A stretch of DNA of 64,000 nucleotides from Candidatus Eiseniibacteriota bacterium (GTDB lineage: Bacteria; Eisenbacteria; RBG-16-71-46; SZUA-252). The stretch spans positions 1 through 64,000 of the forward strand of contig JANMQV010000152.1 in assembly GCA_031370645.1 (NCBI GenBank). Direction: 5' to 3'. Below are positions 38,596 to 49,361 of this stretch, one piece after another (within the stretch, counting starts at the first letter, position 1; each line of letters opens with the position of its first letter). The translations under genes and the position numbers were made by a program. The notes beneath the pieces are model-generated. The model did no database searches. It was given only the letters and a program-made list of their open reading frames with translations, and was not told the DNA's origin.

Positions 38596-41370
38596 ATGAC
38601 CCATTCCACGGGCCGGCTTTTCGCGGTCCTGATCTGCTTCCTTGCCGCCATCGCGACGGTTCCCACGTTTGCCGCCGCCGCTCCGCGTGCGCTCGACGCC
38701 CGCTCGGAGGGGGACGTGACGCCGCTTCGAGTCCTTCGGGCCCCCCACGGCGCGCCCCGCGTCTATGCTTCCGGCGATACGATCACGATCTACAGCGCCA
38801 GTTTGGAGACCCTCTCCAGTCCGGGGAACGAGGGAGGGTGGACCCACATCGACATGTCGGGCCAGCCGACCGCGTGGCATATCGCGCCCGATCTCTCCTG
38901 CGAAGGGAATTCGTTCTGGTGCGGCGTCACCAACCCCGCTTGGACCGGAGATCTCGACCAGAAGGGGTACGACAACGGCTGGACGCAGGAGGCATCGAAC
39001 TACGTCGATCTCACCGGAGCGTTCTCCCCCGTGAAGATCGGCTTCAAGCACCGTCTGAACGTGGAATCGGGATACGATTTCGGCCGCTTCGAGGTGCTCG
39101 ACCCGGACGAGGGGTGGGTGACCCTCGGTTCCTTCACCGGCGTCGTCGATCCGCCCGGCGCCGCGGCGTGCGACACCTTCTCGGTCCAAATTCCCGACTC
39201 CATCATCGCCAAGGGTGCGATCGTTCCATTCCGCTTCTCGTTCCTCTCCGATGTCTCGGGCTCCTCCGCCGACGGCCTCTATCCGAACGGAGCAGGTTGG
39301 TCGCTCGACAACGTGACGGTGGTGGCGGGCATTTCGGACGTCCGCTTCTTCGACGACTTCGAGGCGGGCATCGGCACCTGGAGCGTCAGCACCTTCCCGC
39401 CGGTCGGCGACACGTGGCGTCTCGTGACGAACGGCGCCACCGAACAACTCTGCTCCACGAACATGACGAAGGTCTGGACCGCGGCGAGTCCCACGTCGGG
39501 AGCCCTTCTGCCGCGCGCCTTCGATATTCTCCAGAGTCCGGCGATCGCCATGAGCGCGCCCGATCAGGTGTTCCTCTCGTTCGACGTCTTTCGCAATCTC
39601 CCGCTTCCCGCCTGCTTCTATTACAACATCACCTTCCGCGAGCGGAAGACGACCGATCTCGATTGGTCGCCCTGGATCGACCCGAGCGGGGTCCTCTATT
39701 TCGGAAACGAGAAGGAGTGGCTTCGTCAGACGATCCCCCTGGTGGGCGCCGGGGGGGCCGACTCGGTTCAATTCCGGCTCTCCATTCGCGATTTCGGGAA
39801 TCTCTACTGCGATGGGAGTTCGACCGCGACGGGCACGCTTCTACTTTTCGACAACCTCGAAATTCGCGTTGTCGGGCTGGCCGGTCCCTCCATCTCGACG
39901 ACGGAGGCGGATCTCTTCCAAGACACGTTCAAAACGACGCCATTCTTCGTGAACGACAACATCAACACACCGAAGGGGGACAGCCTCGTCGTCCGTGTCG
40001 CTGCCTCACGCGGCCTCAAGTCGACGTTTCTCCACTACAGCCTGAACGGCGCCGCCTTCACGGCGATACCGCTCGCGCCGACGGGCGCCTCCGCCTTGCA
40101 TGCCTTCCAGGCGGACGTCCCCGCGGGCACCTACCCGCGCGGGAGCGTCGTCCGCTACTACATCGGTGCTACCGATTCGCTCGACGAGGTCGTGACGCTC
40201 CCGGCGGACGCGGTCGCCGCCTCGCACTATTTCTCGGTGTCGATTCTTCCCGCCATTCAGGCGGCGTCTGGAATCTGTACCGGCGATTCGGCGCGAATCC
40301 TTTACGTGAATTCGGAGGCGCCGCTCGACGGCACGCCGGGAATCGCGCAGGGGCTCGGCGCGCTCGGCACGCGCTTCGACCGCTACGACGTGAACGCCGC
40401 GGTATCGGGGCTCCGAAACGGGCTCGGGGGCGGCGACCCGCTCGACCCGAATCGGATCTGGCCCGCCACGCCGCTCTCCGCGATCGCCGGGTATTCGACC
40501 ATCATCTGGGACGTGGGAGATCGATCGAACTCCACGCTGACGGCACAGGATCAGGCGCTCCTTCAATCGTGGGCGGCGCTTGCGGGGCGGAATCGGAATC
40601 TCCTCCTGGCGGGGGACAACCTCGCGCTCGATCTCGTCGTGAACGGCACGGGCATACCGAACTTCCTCTCGTGCACCGCCGGCGCCACCTACATCCGCGA
40701 CGGCTGGGAAGGCGCGCCGCAAGACACGCTTCAGCCGATTGTTGTCGGCGCGCCGGGAACGAAACTCGCGCCCGATCCGTTCCCCCTCGACGGCGGTTGT
40801 CCCGGGCTCAACCAGTTCGACGTGCTGACCCCCTCCGTCTGCGCGGGCGGAACGGGGCGGAATTGGCTCCTCTATCCAAATCAACTCGGCGCTGCAGTCG
40901 AGCGTCGCGCGGCACTCGGCGCGCCCGGCGCGGACAGCGTGCGCGCCGTGACCGCGGGCTTCACGTTCGCGGCGATGCTCAGCCCCGCGCAGCGGAATCT
41001 TTTTCTCTGGCGGACGGTTCACGAGGAGTTCGAAGAACCTTATTGCTCGATTCCGACCGCCGTTCTTCCGACGCCTCCTTCGGCTTCGGCCGCGGCGGCG
41101 CGCCTCCTCGGAGCGGCGCCGAATCCGTTCAATCCGCAGACGAAGATTCGCTTCGAGCTCTCGCGAGGGGCGCGCGTGCGGCTCGCCATCTTCGACGTGA
41201 ACGGATCTCGTGTGCGGACGCTGCTCGACGCGCCGCGTCCCGCGGGGCACTACGAAATCGGCTGGGACGGACGCGACGAGCAGGGACGGAGTGTCGCCAC
41301 CGGCATGTATTTCTGCCGTTTGGAGGCTGGCGGGGCCTCTCAGGCGAGGAAGTTGACCCTCTTGCGCTAG
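38596..41370 (+). CDS. Secreted multidomain protein with FlgD-Ig/T9SS type A-like C-terminal domain
   Basis: Signal peptide, beta-sandwich modules (ESGYDFGRFEV, FRFSFLSD..GWSLDNV), C-terminal APNPFNPQTKIRF...WDGRDEQGRSVATGMYFCRL...KLTLLR. Confidence 0.85.
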   Translation: MTHSTGRLFAVLICFLAAIATVPTFAAAAPRALDARSEGDVTPLRVLRAPHGAPRVYASGDTITIYSASLETLSSPGNEGGWTHIDMSGQPTAWHIAPDLSCEGNSFWCGVTNPAWTGDLDQKGYDNGWTQEASNYVDLTGAFSPVKIGFKHRLNVESGYDFGRFEVLDPDEGWVTLGSFTGVVDPPGAAACDTFSVQIPDSIIAKGAIVPFRFSFLSDVSGSSADGLYPNGAGWSLDNVTVVAGISDVRFFDDFEAGIGTWSVSTFPPVGDTWRLVTNGATEQLCSTNMTKVWTAASPTSGALLPRAFDILQSPAIAMSAPDQVFLSFDVFRNLPLPACFYYNITFRERKTTDLDWSPWIDPSGVLYFGNEKEWLRQTIPLVGAGGADSVQFRLSIRDFGNLYCDGSSTATGTLLLFDNLEIRVVGLAGPSISTTEADLFQDTFKTTPFFVNDNINTPKGDSLVVRVAASRGLKSTFLHYSLNGAAFTAIPLAPTGASALHAFQADVPAGTYPRGSVVRYYIGATDSLDEVVTLPADAVAASHYFSVSILPAIQAASGICTGDSARILYVNSEAPLDGTPGIAQGLGALGTRFDRYDVNAAVSGLRNGLGGGDPLDPNRIWPATPLSAIAGYSTIIWDVGDRSNSTLTAQDQALLQSWAALAGRNRNLLLAGDNLALDLVVNGTGIPNFLSCTAGATYIRDGWEGAPQDTLQPIVVGAPGTKLAPDPFPLDGGCPGLNQFDVLTPSVCAGGTGRNWLLYPNQLGAAVERRAALGAPGADSVRAVTAGFTFAAMLSPAQRNLFLWRTVHEEFEEPYCSIPTAVLPTPPSASAAAARLLGAAPNPFNPQTKIRFELSRGARVRLAIFDVNGSRVRTLLDAPRPAGHYEIGWDGRDEQGRSVATGMYFCRLEAGGASQARKLTLLR

Positions 41371-41408
41371 GTCCGTTTCGGCCCTATTCTTGTAGGTCAC
41401 AACTGCAG

Positions 41409-41531
41409 ACATCCTTCGGGGCGGGGCGCAAGTCCCCACCGGCGGTACAGCCCGCGAGCCTGGGACCTTGGTCCTCGGCAGATCCGGTGCAACTCCGGAG
41501 CCGACCGTTACAGTCGGGATGGAAGAAGGAT
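41409..41531 (+). ncRNA. FMN riboswitch (RFN element)
   Basis: ATCCTTCGGGGCGGGGCGCAAGTCCCCACCGGCGGT-AGCCCGCGAGC...GCAGATCCGGTGCAACTCCGGAGCCGACCGTTACAGTCGGGATGGAAGAAGGA, directly upstream of ribD. Confidence 0.96.
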
Positions 41532-41570
41532 GCAACGTTCGTCGGCGTTCGCGGCGTTAGACCGCGTGTG

Positions 41571-41599
41571 CCCCGCGGGTGTCTGCCTGCGGGGTTTTT
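41571..41599 (+). terminator. Riboswitch-controlled intrinsic terminator
   Basis: CCCCGCGGGT-gtct-GCCTGCGGGG followed by a T run. The 5' arm CCCCGC can alternatively pair with GCGGGG in the aptamer (antiterminator). Confidence 0.85.
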
Positions 41600-41601
41600 C
41601 T

Positions 41602-42777
41602 ATGCGGCTCGAGTCCGGGGCGGCGCGCGACGCGGCCCTCATCCACGAATCATCCGGCGGCGTTTCGGCGGCCGAGCGAACCGCGATGCGGGAGGCGATC
41701 CGCCTCGCGCGGCGCGGCGTCGGCGGCACGCATCCGAATCCGCGTGTCGGTGCGGTCGTGCTCACGGAGGGGCGTCCCGCGTCCCGCGGTTGGCACGCGC
41801 GAGCGGGCGAGGCGCACGCCGAGATCCGCGCGCTCGCGGATGCCGGCCCCCGCGCCCGCGGCGCCACGCTCGTCGTCACCCTCGAGCCGTGCGCCCACCA
41901 AGGCCGCACTCCTCCCTGTGCCGAAGCCATCCTCGCCTCCGGAATCCGCCGTGTCGTCGTGGGGATGGTCGATCCGAACCCCATCGTGAATGGCCGCGGA
42001 CTCGAGGCCCTTCGCGCGGCCGGCGTGGATGTCGTGGTCGGCGTGCTTGAAGAGGAGTGCCGCGCGCTGAACGGCCCGTACCTGAAAGCACTCGCGACGG
42101 GGCTCCCGTGGGTCACGTTGAAGGCGATGCTCTCCCTCGACGGCCGCATCGCGACCGACGCGGGCGATTCACGCGGCCTCGGCGGTGTCGAAGAGCAGCG
42201 GCTCTGCCACCGGCTTCGCGCCGAACACGACGCCGTGCTGATCGGAAGCGGCACGCTTCTCGCCGACGACCCGCTCCTCACCGTGCGGCTCGCTCGCGGG
42301 AGAACGCCCTGGCGCGTCGTGCTCGATTCCACGCTTCGGATGCCCGAGCGGGCCGCGATTCTCGGCACGACGGGTGATGCGCCTCTCATCGTGGCGACGG
42401 TATCGCGAGACGAGGCTCGAATCGCCGCGCTGGAAGCGCGCGGGGCCACGGTGTGGCGATTCGAACCGACCGACGCGGGAAAGGTGCCGCTTCGCCCTCT
42501 GCTCGAACGGCTGGCGAGCGAAGGGCGTTGCGCCCTCCTCGTGGAGGGAGGCACCGCGGTTCATACGTCGTTCCTCCGTGAGGGATGGGCCGACAGTGTC
42601 GCGGTCGGCATCGCGCCCGTTCTCCTGGGGGGCTCGGCGCCGCGCGCCTGGACCGGAGATCTCGGACGGGCGCGCCTCGGCGACGCGATCGAAATCGAAT
42701 CGGTTCGCTCGCGCCGCGTCGGCCGCGATCTCTGGATCGAAGGGACGATTCGCCGCGCGGAGGAAACGGGTGTTTAG
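41602..42777 (+). CDS. ribD: Bifunctional riboflavin deaminase/reductase RibD
   Basis: PNPRVGAV, HAE, TLEPCAHQGRTPPC, SLDGRIA, DDPLLTVR, LVEGG. Confidence 0.95.
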   Translation: MRLESGAARDAALIHESSGGVSAAERTAMREAIRLARRGVGGTHPNPRVGAVVLTEGRPASRGWHARAGEAHAEIRALADAGPRARGATLVVTLEPCAHQGRTPPCAEAILASGIRRVVVGMVDPNPIVNGRGLEALRAAGVDVVVGVLEEECRALNGPYLKALATGLPWVTLKAMLSLDGRIATDAGDSRGLGGVEEQRLCHRLRAEHDAVLIGSGTLLADDPLLTVRLARGRTPWRVVLDSTLRMPERAAILGTTGDAPLIVATVSRDEARIAALEARGATVWRFEPTDAGKVPLRPLLERLASEGRCALLVEGGTAVHTSFLREGWADSVAVGIAPVLLGGSAPRAWTGDLGRARLGDAIEIESVRSRRVGRDLWIEGTIRRAEETGV

Positions 42778-43402
42778 CGGGATCGTGGAGCGCGTCGGGA
42801 CCATCGAGCGTCGCGCCGAATCGAACGCGGGCGTGAGTTTTCACGTGCGCGCCGGGTTCGACCCCGCGCCGGCGCCCGGAGCGAGCATCGCGGTGCACGG
42901 CGTCTGCCTCACCGTCGAGCGCGCCTCCGAGGGAGCCTTCGACGTCACGGCGGTCGCGGAGACGCTCCGCCGGACGAATCTCGGCGCGCTCACGGAGGGC
43001 GCCCGCGTGAATCTCGAACGCGCGCTTCGCGTGGGGGACGAAATCGGCGGGCACTGGGTACAAGGGCACGTCGACGGACTCGGCACGGTGGCGGCGGTGG
43101 AGACGCGAGGCGGTGACGTGCGCGTCGCGATTGAAACGCCGGCGCCGCTCCGGCGTTATGTGGCCGAGAAAGGATCGATCACCGTGGACGGCATTAGCCT
43201 CACGGTCGCCGCTTGGGAGGATCCGCGCCTCGTCGTGGCGCTGATTCCGTACACGCTCGAACAGACCACCGCGTCGGCCTGGCGCCCGGGAACGCGAGTG
43301 AACCTTGAAGTAGACGTCGTGGCGCGTTACCTGGATCGCCTCCTCGCGGCACGCGCGGGCGAGGCGGAGGGCGCTGCCGCGCCGCAGACGGAGGCATCGT
43401 GA
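42770..43402 (+). CDS. ribE: Riboflavin synthase (alpha chain)
   Basis: (M)[48 protein letters not shown]. Confidence 0.95.
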   Translation: MFSGIVERVGTIERRAESNAGVSFHVRAGFDPAPAPGASIAVHGVCLTVERASEGAFDVTAVAETLRRTNLGALTEGARVNLERALRVGDEIGGHWVQGHVDGLGTVAAVETRGGDVRVAIETPAPLRRYVAEKGSITVDGISLTVAAWEDPRLVVALIPYTLEQTTASAWRPGTRVNLEVDVVARYLDRLLAARAGEAEGAAAPQTEAS

Positions 43403-44718
43403 ACCGGGAGTCGAAGCGCAAGAACGGAGCGGGACCGCGGGGCCGCAAAGCCTCGGCGGGGGACGGCGTCGGAAAGATCGACGACGCGCTCCGCGCGCTC
43501 AAACGGGGCGAGATGGTCGTCGTCGTGGACGACGAAGACCGGGAGAACGAAGGCGACTTCGTGATGGCCGCCGAGAAGACGACGGCCGACGACGTGAATT
43601 TCATGACGCGAGAGGCGCGCGGACTCCTCTGTGTCTCGTTGCCGGGTGAGCGGCTGGAGCAATTGGGCCTCGGGCTCATGGCGCCGGCGAATACCGCTCG
43701 GTTCGCGACACCCTTCACCGTTTCGGTCGATCTCCTGCAAGGCACGACATCGGGTTCCTCCACGCGGGATCGCGCGCTCACGATTCGCGCCCTCGCTTCG
43801 GCCAAGACGAAGCCGGAAGCGCTCGCGCGACCGGGGCATGTCTTCCCGCTCAAGGCGGACGACCACGGCGTGCTCCGCCGTCCGGGGCACACGGAGGCGG
43901 CGCTCGACCTCGCGCGGTTGGCGGGGCTTCGACCGGCCGGCGTGCTCTGCGAAATTCTCGCGGCCGACGGCACCATGGCGCGGGGCCCCGAATTGATCCG
44001 GATCGCGAAGAAGCACGGCATGGTTCTCATCACCATCCGCGACCTCGTTCGCTACCGCTATCAGCGGGAGCGGCTCGTGAAGCGCATCGCTTCCTCGCGC
44101 CTTCCGACGAAGCACGGCATCTTCCGGGTCGTCGTCTATGAAAGCCCGCTCGACGGCGCGCACCATGTGGCGCTCGTCAAGGGAACGCCCTCCGCCTCGC
44201 GAGCCGATGTGGTTCGTCTTCATTCGCAATGCCTCACCGGCGACGTCTTCGGCTCGATGCGCTGCGATTGCGGCGAGCAGATGGTGGCGGCGCTCGAACG
44301 GATCGAAGAAGAAGGGGCTGGCGCCTTCCTCTACCTTCGCCAAGAAGGGCGGGGGATCGGGCTCGCCAACAAGCTCCGCGCGTACGAGCTTCAAGACATG
44401 GGGCTCGACACGGTGGAAGCGAACGTCCGGCTCGGCTTCGCGCCCGATCTCCGCGACTACGGCATCGCGGCGCAGATCCTGCGCGACCTCGGCTATGAGA
44501 AAGTGCGGCTCCTCACGAACAATCCTCAGAAGGTCGACGCGCTCCGCGACTACGGCATCGCCGTGGAGGAGCGAGAGCCGATCGAGATCCTCCCGAATTC
44601 GGTGAACGAGCGATATCTCCGGACGAAGCGGGAGCGGATGGGGCACCTCTTGAAGAATCCGCTCCTTCGCGAAGCGGCCGCCGCGCACGGGAACGGCCGA
44701 CGGGGACGGGGCGCGTGA
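43399..44718 (+). CDS. ribBA: Bifunctional DHBP synthase / GTP cyclohydrolase II
   Basis: [57 protein letters not shown]. Confidence 0.96.
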   Translation: MNRESKRKNGAGPRGRKASAGDGVGKIDDALRALKRGEMVVVVDDEDRENEGDFVMAAEKTTADDVNFMTREARGLLCVSLPGERLEQLGLGLMAPANTARFATPFTVSVDLLQGTTSGSSTRDRALTIRALASAKTKPEALARPGHVFPLKADDHGVLRRPGHTEAALDLARLAGLRPAGVLCEILAADGTMARGPELIRIAKKHGMVLITIRDLVRYRYQRERLVKRIASSRLPTKHGIFRVVVYESPLDGAHHVALVKGTPSASRADVVRLHSQCLTGDVFGSMRCDCGEQMVAALERIEEEGAGAFLYLRQEGRGIGLANKLRAYELQDMGLDTVEANVRLGFAPDLRDYGIAAQILRDLGYEKVRLLTNNPQKVDALRDYGIAVEEREPIEILPNSVNERYLRTKRERMGHLLKNPLLREAAAAHGNGRRGRGA

Positions 44719-45257
44719 GCCCGGTTCGTCCGCTCGGCCGACGGGGAGGGGAAGTCTTTTCCGTCCCTCGCGGTGCGCGGCTATTCGTCGGGAATCCCGC
44801 CGCTGGGCGGGGACTTCGCGTCGCGATCGTCGCGTCCCGCTTCAACGACCGGATCACGGCTCGGCTTCTCGAAGGCGCGTTCGGCGCGCTCGAGGCGGCC
44901 GGTGTTCGCGCGAAAGACCTGGCCGTGACGTTCGTGCCCGGGGCATTCGAACTTCCGTTCACGGCCCGAACCCTGGCGGCCTCGCGGCGCTACGACGCGA
45001 TCGTCTGCTTAGGAGCCGTCGTTCGGGGCGGCACGCCCCACTTCGACTACGTGGCGGGCGAGGCGTCGCGCGGGATCGCGCGCGCTTCCGAGGGGACCGG
45101 CGTTCCGGTTCTCTTCGGCGTGCTGACGACCGACAACGAGCGGCAGGCGCTCGACCGCTCCGGCGGCCGGCTCGGAAATCGCGGAGCCGACGCGGCCCGC
45201 GCCGCGATCGAGATGGCGCAGGTCGCCCGGCAGCTCCGGGGAAGGAGACGAGCATGA
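44715..45257 (+). CDS. ribH: 6,7-dimethyl-8-ribityllumazine synthase
   Basis: [37 protein letters not shown]. Confidence 0.95.
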   Translation: MSPVRPLGRRGGEVFSVPRGARLFVGNPAAGRGLRVAIVASRFNDRITARLLEGAFGALEAAGVRAKDLAVTFVPGAFELPFTARTLAASRRYDAIVCLGAVVRGGTPHFDYVAGEASRGIARASEGTGVPVLFGVLTTDNERQALDRSGGRLGNRGADAARAAIEMAQVARQLRGRRRA

Positions 45258-45670
45258 CCTCCCGCCGGCAGGGACGAGAACTCGCCTTTCGCGCCGTCTA
45301 TCAGGCGGACGTGACGGGGGAGACCCCGAACCATTGCCTCGAGGAGATTCTCGAAGAGACGCCCTCCTCGGACGAAATTCGCCTCTTCGCCGCCACGCTC
45401 GTGTCGGAATTGGAGGAACATCGCGACAACGTCGACGCCATCGTCTCACGGACGGCTCATAATTGGCCGCTTCGCCGCATGGCCGCGACCGACCGCTCCG
45501 TGATCCGCGTGGCCGTCGTGGAACTGCTCCATCACGCGGAGACGCCGACGCGGGTCGCCCTCGACGAAGCGATCGAAATCGCGAAGAAATACGGCTCGGA
45601 AACGTCGGGATCGTTCGTGAACGGAATCCTTGACCGAATCGCCCACGACGAGCGACCCTCCGCGGGATGA
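45254..45670 (+). CDS. nusB: Transcription antitermination factor NusB
   Basis: RRQGRELAF, NWPLRRM..TDRSVIR, DEAIEIAKKYG, FVNGILD. Confidence 0.95.
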   Translation: MTSRRQGRELAFRAVYQADVTGETPNHCLEEILEETPSSDEIRLFAATLVSELEEHRDNVDAIVSRTAHNWPLRRMAATDRSVIRVAVVELLHHAETPTRVALDEAIEIAKKYGSETSGSFVNGILDRIAHDERPSAG

Positions 45671-46392
45671 TCACCGTTTTCCTGTCCGACATTCACGGCA
45701 ATCTCGAGGCGCTCCAGGCGGTCCTCGCGGCCGTCGACACCTACGCACCCGACCGGATCGTCTGCCTCGGCGACGTCGTCGGCTACGGCGCGAGCCCGAA
45801 CGAGTGCCTCGACCTGGTTCGCTCCCGCTGCAAGACCGTTCTCCTGGGCAATCACGACGCGGCGGCGAGCGGTGGGCCGGAGATCGCCCGGTTCAATATC
45901 CACGCGCGGGTCGCCGCCGAGTGGACGAGCCGTGTGCTGACTCGGGAGAACCGCGAATTCCTCCAGCGCCTCCCCCTCACGTTCGACGGGAACGGCTTTC
46001 TCTGCGTCCACGCCTCGCCGGCCACGCCGCGCGATTGGGAGTACCTGCTCGATCGCTTCGACGCCGAGCCGCAGTTCGCCTACTTCAACGTGCCGGTCTG
46101 CTTCATCGGGCATACGCACCAGCCGGCGATTTTCATGGCCGATCCGGCGGGGTGCCGCTCGCTCCCGGTCGGATCGCTCTCGCTCGACCCACAACGCCGC
46201 TACATCGTGAACGTGGGGAGCGTCGGCCAGCCGCGCGACCGCGATCCTCGCGCCTGCTTCGTGGTCTATCACGAACTGGCGAGTCGCATCGAATACGTCC
46301 GCGTCGCCTATCCGGTCGAGTTGGCCCAGGAACGGATCCGAGCCGCGCGTCTTCCCGAGGTCCTGGCCACCCGCCTCGCCACGGGGGAATAA
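45667..46392 (+). CDS. Metallophosphoesterase family protein
   Basis: SDIHGNLEAL, LGDVVGYG, GNHD, GHTH, NVGSVGQPRD. Confidence 0.92.
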   Translation: MITVFLSDIHGNLEALQAVLAAVDTYAPDRIVCLGDVVGYGASPNECLDLVRSRCKTVLLGNHDAAASGGPEIARFNIHARVAAEWTSRVLTRENREFLQRLPLTFDGNGFLCVHASPATPRDWEYLLDRFDAEPQFAYFNVPVCFIGHTHQPAIFMADPAGCRSLPVGSLSLDPQRRYIVNVGSVGQPRDRDPRACFVVYHELASRIEYVRVAYPVELAQERIRAARLPEVLATRLATGE

Positions 46393-46393
46393 C

Positions 46394-47197
46394 GTGGCGC
46401 CCCGCGCTTCCACCGAAGAACACTGGAATCGATTCTGGACCGAACGCGCCGATATCGACGCGGTCTATCCGACGGACGGCCGCGTGGTGGAACAGATCGT
46501 GGCCGAGGGCTCGGTGGCGGGGAAGCGGATCATGGAGGTCGGTGCGGGATCGGGGCGCGACAGCGTGCGGCTCGCCGCTGCGGGCGCCACGGCCGTGATC
46601 CTCGACTACTCCGTCCCCTCCCTCGAGACGGCGCGCCGCGTCGCCGAACGGGAGGGAGTCCGCGCGCACTTCGTCCGCGCCGACGCGCTCCGGCTCCCGT
46701 TCCGCGATGGGGCGTTCGACGTCGTCTTCCACCAGGGATTGCTGGAGCACTTCCGCGATCCGGCGCCGCTCCTTCGCGAGAATGTGCGCGTCCTGGCGCC
46801 CGGCGCGCTCCTCTTGGTCGACGTTCCGCAGCGATTCCATCTCTATACCGTGGCGAAGCACGTCCTCATCGCCATGGGGAAGTGGTTCGCCGGCTGGGAG
46901 ACAGAATTCTCGATCGGAGAGCTGGAGCGCGCCATGCGAGGGGCCGGCGTGAGGATCACGAGCCGCTACGGCGCGTGGATGATTCCCGGCCTCTTCTACC
47001 GCGGACTCCGCCTCGTTCTCTTGAAGTTTGGTCTGGCGCGGCTTCCGCTCTACCCGCCGCCCGTGCCGATCGTCACGCCGGTCTCGCGGGCGCTCCGCCG
47101 CGCGTGGGAGCAAACCCCCTTCGCGATCCACACCTACTTCGTGATCGGAGCGCTCGGCCGGAAGGATGGCGGCGGGGCGACGCCGCGCCGCGCTTGA
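46394..47197 (+). CDS. Class I SAM-dependent methyltransferase
   Basis: MEVGAGSG, DALRLPFRDGAFDVV, LLEHF, RVLAPG. Confidence 0.88.
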   Translation: MAPRASTEEHWNRFWTERADIDAVYPTDGRVVEQIVAEGSVAGKRIMEVGAGSGRDSVRLAAAGATAVILDYSVPSLETARRVAEREGVRAHFVRADALRLPFRDGAFDVVFHQGLLEHFRDPAPLLRENVRVLAPGALLLVDVPQRFHLYTVAKHVLIAMGKWFAGWETEFSIGELERAMRGAGVRITSRYGAWMIPGLFYRGLRLVLLKFGLARLPLYPPPVPIVTPVSRALRRAWEQTPFAIHTYFVIGALGRKDGGGATPRRA

Positions 47198-48315
47198 GAA
47201 TCGTCGCCCTGAACTGGCGCGATCCGCGGCACCCGGAAGCGGGCGGCGCCGAACTCCACCTTCTCGAGATCCTCAAGCGCTGCGTTCGCGACGGCGATCA
47301 GGTCACCTGGCTCGCCGAAGCATTCCCCGGCGCCGCCGCCGAGGACGTGGTGGAGGGCATCCGAATCGCTCGCGCGGGCACGTGGTACAATGCCCACCTT
47401 GCCCTCGGAGCGCTCTATCGCGCACGGTATCGGAGGGAGCGCGTCGATTTGGTGCTCGAGGACATCAACAAGGTGCCGTTCTTCACACCGCTCTTCGCGC
47501 GCGCCCCGGTGCTCGCGGTGGTGCCTCACCTCTTCGGCGCAACCGTCTTTCGCGAGGCACCGATTCCGGTCGGCGCCGTCGTCTGGGCCCACGAATCACT
47601 CCTCCCCTTCGTCTACCGACACACTCCCTTTCTCGCCATCTCCGACAGCACTCGTGAGGATCTCGTCCGCCGGGGAATCGCGCGCGAACGGATCTCCGTC
47701 GTCCGCTGCGGGCTCGATCAGAGCGCCTATGCCGTCACGATGCCTCCCGAGGCGCGCGGCCCTGTTGTGGCGTTCCTGGGGCGACTCCGAAAGTACAAGG
47801 GAGCGCAGTTCGTCCTCCGCGCCTTTCCCGCGGTCCTCGCGGCGGTCCCCGAGGCTCGCCTCGACGTGATCGGCGACGGACCCTATCGCGCGGAGCTCGA
47901 GCGGCTCGCCAACCGACTCGGCATCGCGTCGCGCGTTCGGTTTCTCGGCGCGCTCTCGCACGCGGCCAAGGTGGCCGCCTTGAACGAGGCGCAGGTCGCG
48001 ACCTGCCCCTCGCCCAAGGAAGGGTGGGGACTCACCGTCATCGAGGCGAACGCCTGCGGTGCCCCGGTCGTGGCGAGTCGAAGTCCCGGTCTCGTGGAAT
48101 CGGTCCGCGACGGCGAGACGGGACTCCTCGTCCCGCATGGAGACGTCCCGGCGCTGGCCGCCGGCATCACGCGGCTCCTTCGCGATCGCTCGGAGCGGCT
48201 CCGGATGGCGGAGGCGGGAAGTCGCTGGGCCGCGACGTTCGATTGGGAGACCTGTTATCGCGAGAGCCGCGCCTGTTTCGCGCGCGCGGCGGCGTCGCGG
48301 GGAGCGGCCGCGTGA
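47194..48315 (+). CDS. Glycosyltransferase family 4
   Basis: TTGA overlap, NWRDPRHPEAGGAE, LGRLRKYKG, EGWGLTVIEANACG. Confidence 0.9.
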   Translation: MRIVALNWRDPRHPEAGGAELHLLEILKRCVRDGDQVTWLAEAFPGAAAEDVVEGIRIARAGTWYNAHLALGALYRARYRRERVDLVLEDINKVPFFTPLFARAPVLAVVPHLFGATVFREAPIPVGAVVWAHESLLPFVYRHTPFLAISDSTREDLVRRGIARERISVVRCGLDQSAYAVTMPPEARGPVVAFLGRLRKYKGAQFVLRAFPAVLAAVPEARLDVIGDGPYRAELERLANRLGIASRVRFLGALSHAAKVAALNEAQVATCPSPKEGWGLTVIEANACGAPVVASRSPGLVESVRDGETGLLVPHGDVPALAAGITRLLRDRSERLRMAEAGSRWAATFDWETCYRESRACFARAAASRGAAA

Positions 48316-49361
48316 CGCCGCGCTGGGGCGAGTTCTTCAAGCGCTACAAACTTCTCCTCGTGGGGGTGAAGATCGGGCTCTCCCTCGCGCTCTTCGCCTA
48401 CGTCGTGGCGAAGGTTTCGCCCGGAAACGTCTGGGCGGTGGTCCGCCACGCCAATCCCACCTATCTCGGCGCCGCGGCGGCGCTCTTCGTCTTCTCGAAT
48501 CTGGTCGGTTCGTGGCTCTGGGCGAGGCTCCTGCGCGCGCAGGGGGTGAACATCCCGTATCGAAACGCGGCCGCTTACTATTTCGTCGGCCTCTTCTTCA
48601 ACAATTTCCTCCCGTCGAACATCGGCGGCGACATCGCGCGGATCAGCGACGCCTCGAAGCACGCGACGAACGTCAGTTCGGTGTTCTCCGCCACGCTCAT
48701 GGATCGGCTCCTCGGCGTCGTTTCGATCGCGCTCCTCGCCGTCATCGCGTCGTTCGCCTCGCTCGATCGGTTCCACCTCTACGCCATCTACGGCGGAATC
48801 GTGCTCGTCTTCGTCACCTCGCTCGCGCTCTTTCTCAGCATTTTCCACCGCGGGGTGTTGAAGGCGTTCGAGTGGCCGTTCCGTGTGCTGGGGCTCCGAA
48901 AGGTAGAGGAGGGGATCGGACGCCTGCTCGACGACCTCCACGGGTTCCGGAACGAGAAGGCGGCGCTCCGGGCGGCGTTCCTGGCCAGCTCGCTCGTGCA
49001 GATCAGCCGGATCTATGTCCATTACCTGGTTGGCCTTTCCCTGGGAGTCCAGCTCGCGGCGGGGTACTATTTCCTCTTCGTGCCCGTTTTGGCCGCCCTG
49101 GTCTCTCTTCCGATTTCTATGAACGGACTCGGGATCCGGGAGGGGGCGTCGGTGGTTCTATTTCAGATGGCCGGGCTGACGCGGGAGCAAGCGTTCACGA
49201 TCCCGTTCGTCACCTATCTCATGTCGGTGTTCATCAGCCTTCTCGGCGGTTTCATTTTCGTCACGCGGTCGCCTCGTCGCGCCTTGGCTCGGAAACTCGA
49301 AGCGAGACGGGAGAAGCGGGCGGAGAAAGCCGCCTCCATCGGTAGGGAGGACTCTCGGTGA
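48312..49361 (+). CDS. Lysylphosphatidylglycerol-synthase TM / flippase-like membrane protein (UPF0104)
   Basis: FFNNFLPSNIGGDIAR, DRLLG, LPISMNGLGIREG, multi-TM. Confidence 0.85.
   Translation: MTPRWGEFFKRYKLLLVGVKIGLSLALFAYVVAKVSPGNVWAVVRHANPTYLGAAAALFVFSNLVGSWLWARLLRAQGVNIPYRNAAAYYFVGLFFNNFLPSNIGGDIARISDASKHATNVSSVFSATLMDRLLGVVSIALLAVIASFASLDRFHLYAIYGGIVLVFVTSLALFLSIFHRGVLKAFEWPFRVLGLRKVEEGIGRLLDDLHGFRNEKAALRAAFLASSLVQISRIYVHYLVGLSLGVQLAAGYYFLFVPVLAALVSLPISMNGLGIREGASVVLFQMAGLTREQAFTIPFVTYLMSVFISLLGGFIFVTRSPRRALARKLEARREKRAEKAASIGREDSR

Noticed and set aside
38838-42050. 1070-aa Arg-rich alternative-frame ORF
   Set aside because: Out-of-frame overlap with the FlgD protein, riboswitch and ribD; low-complexity R/P/G composition.
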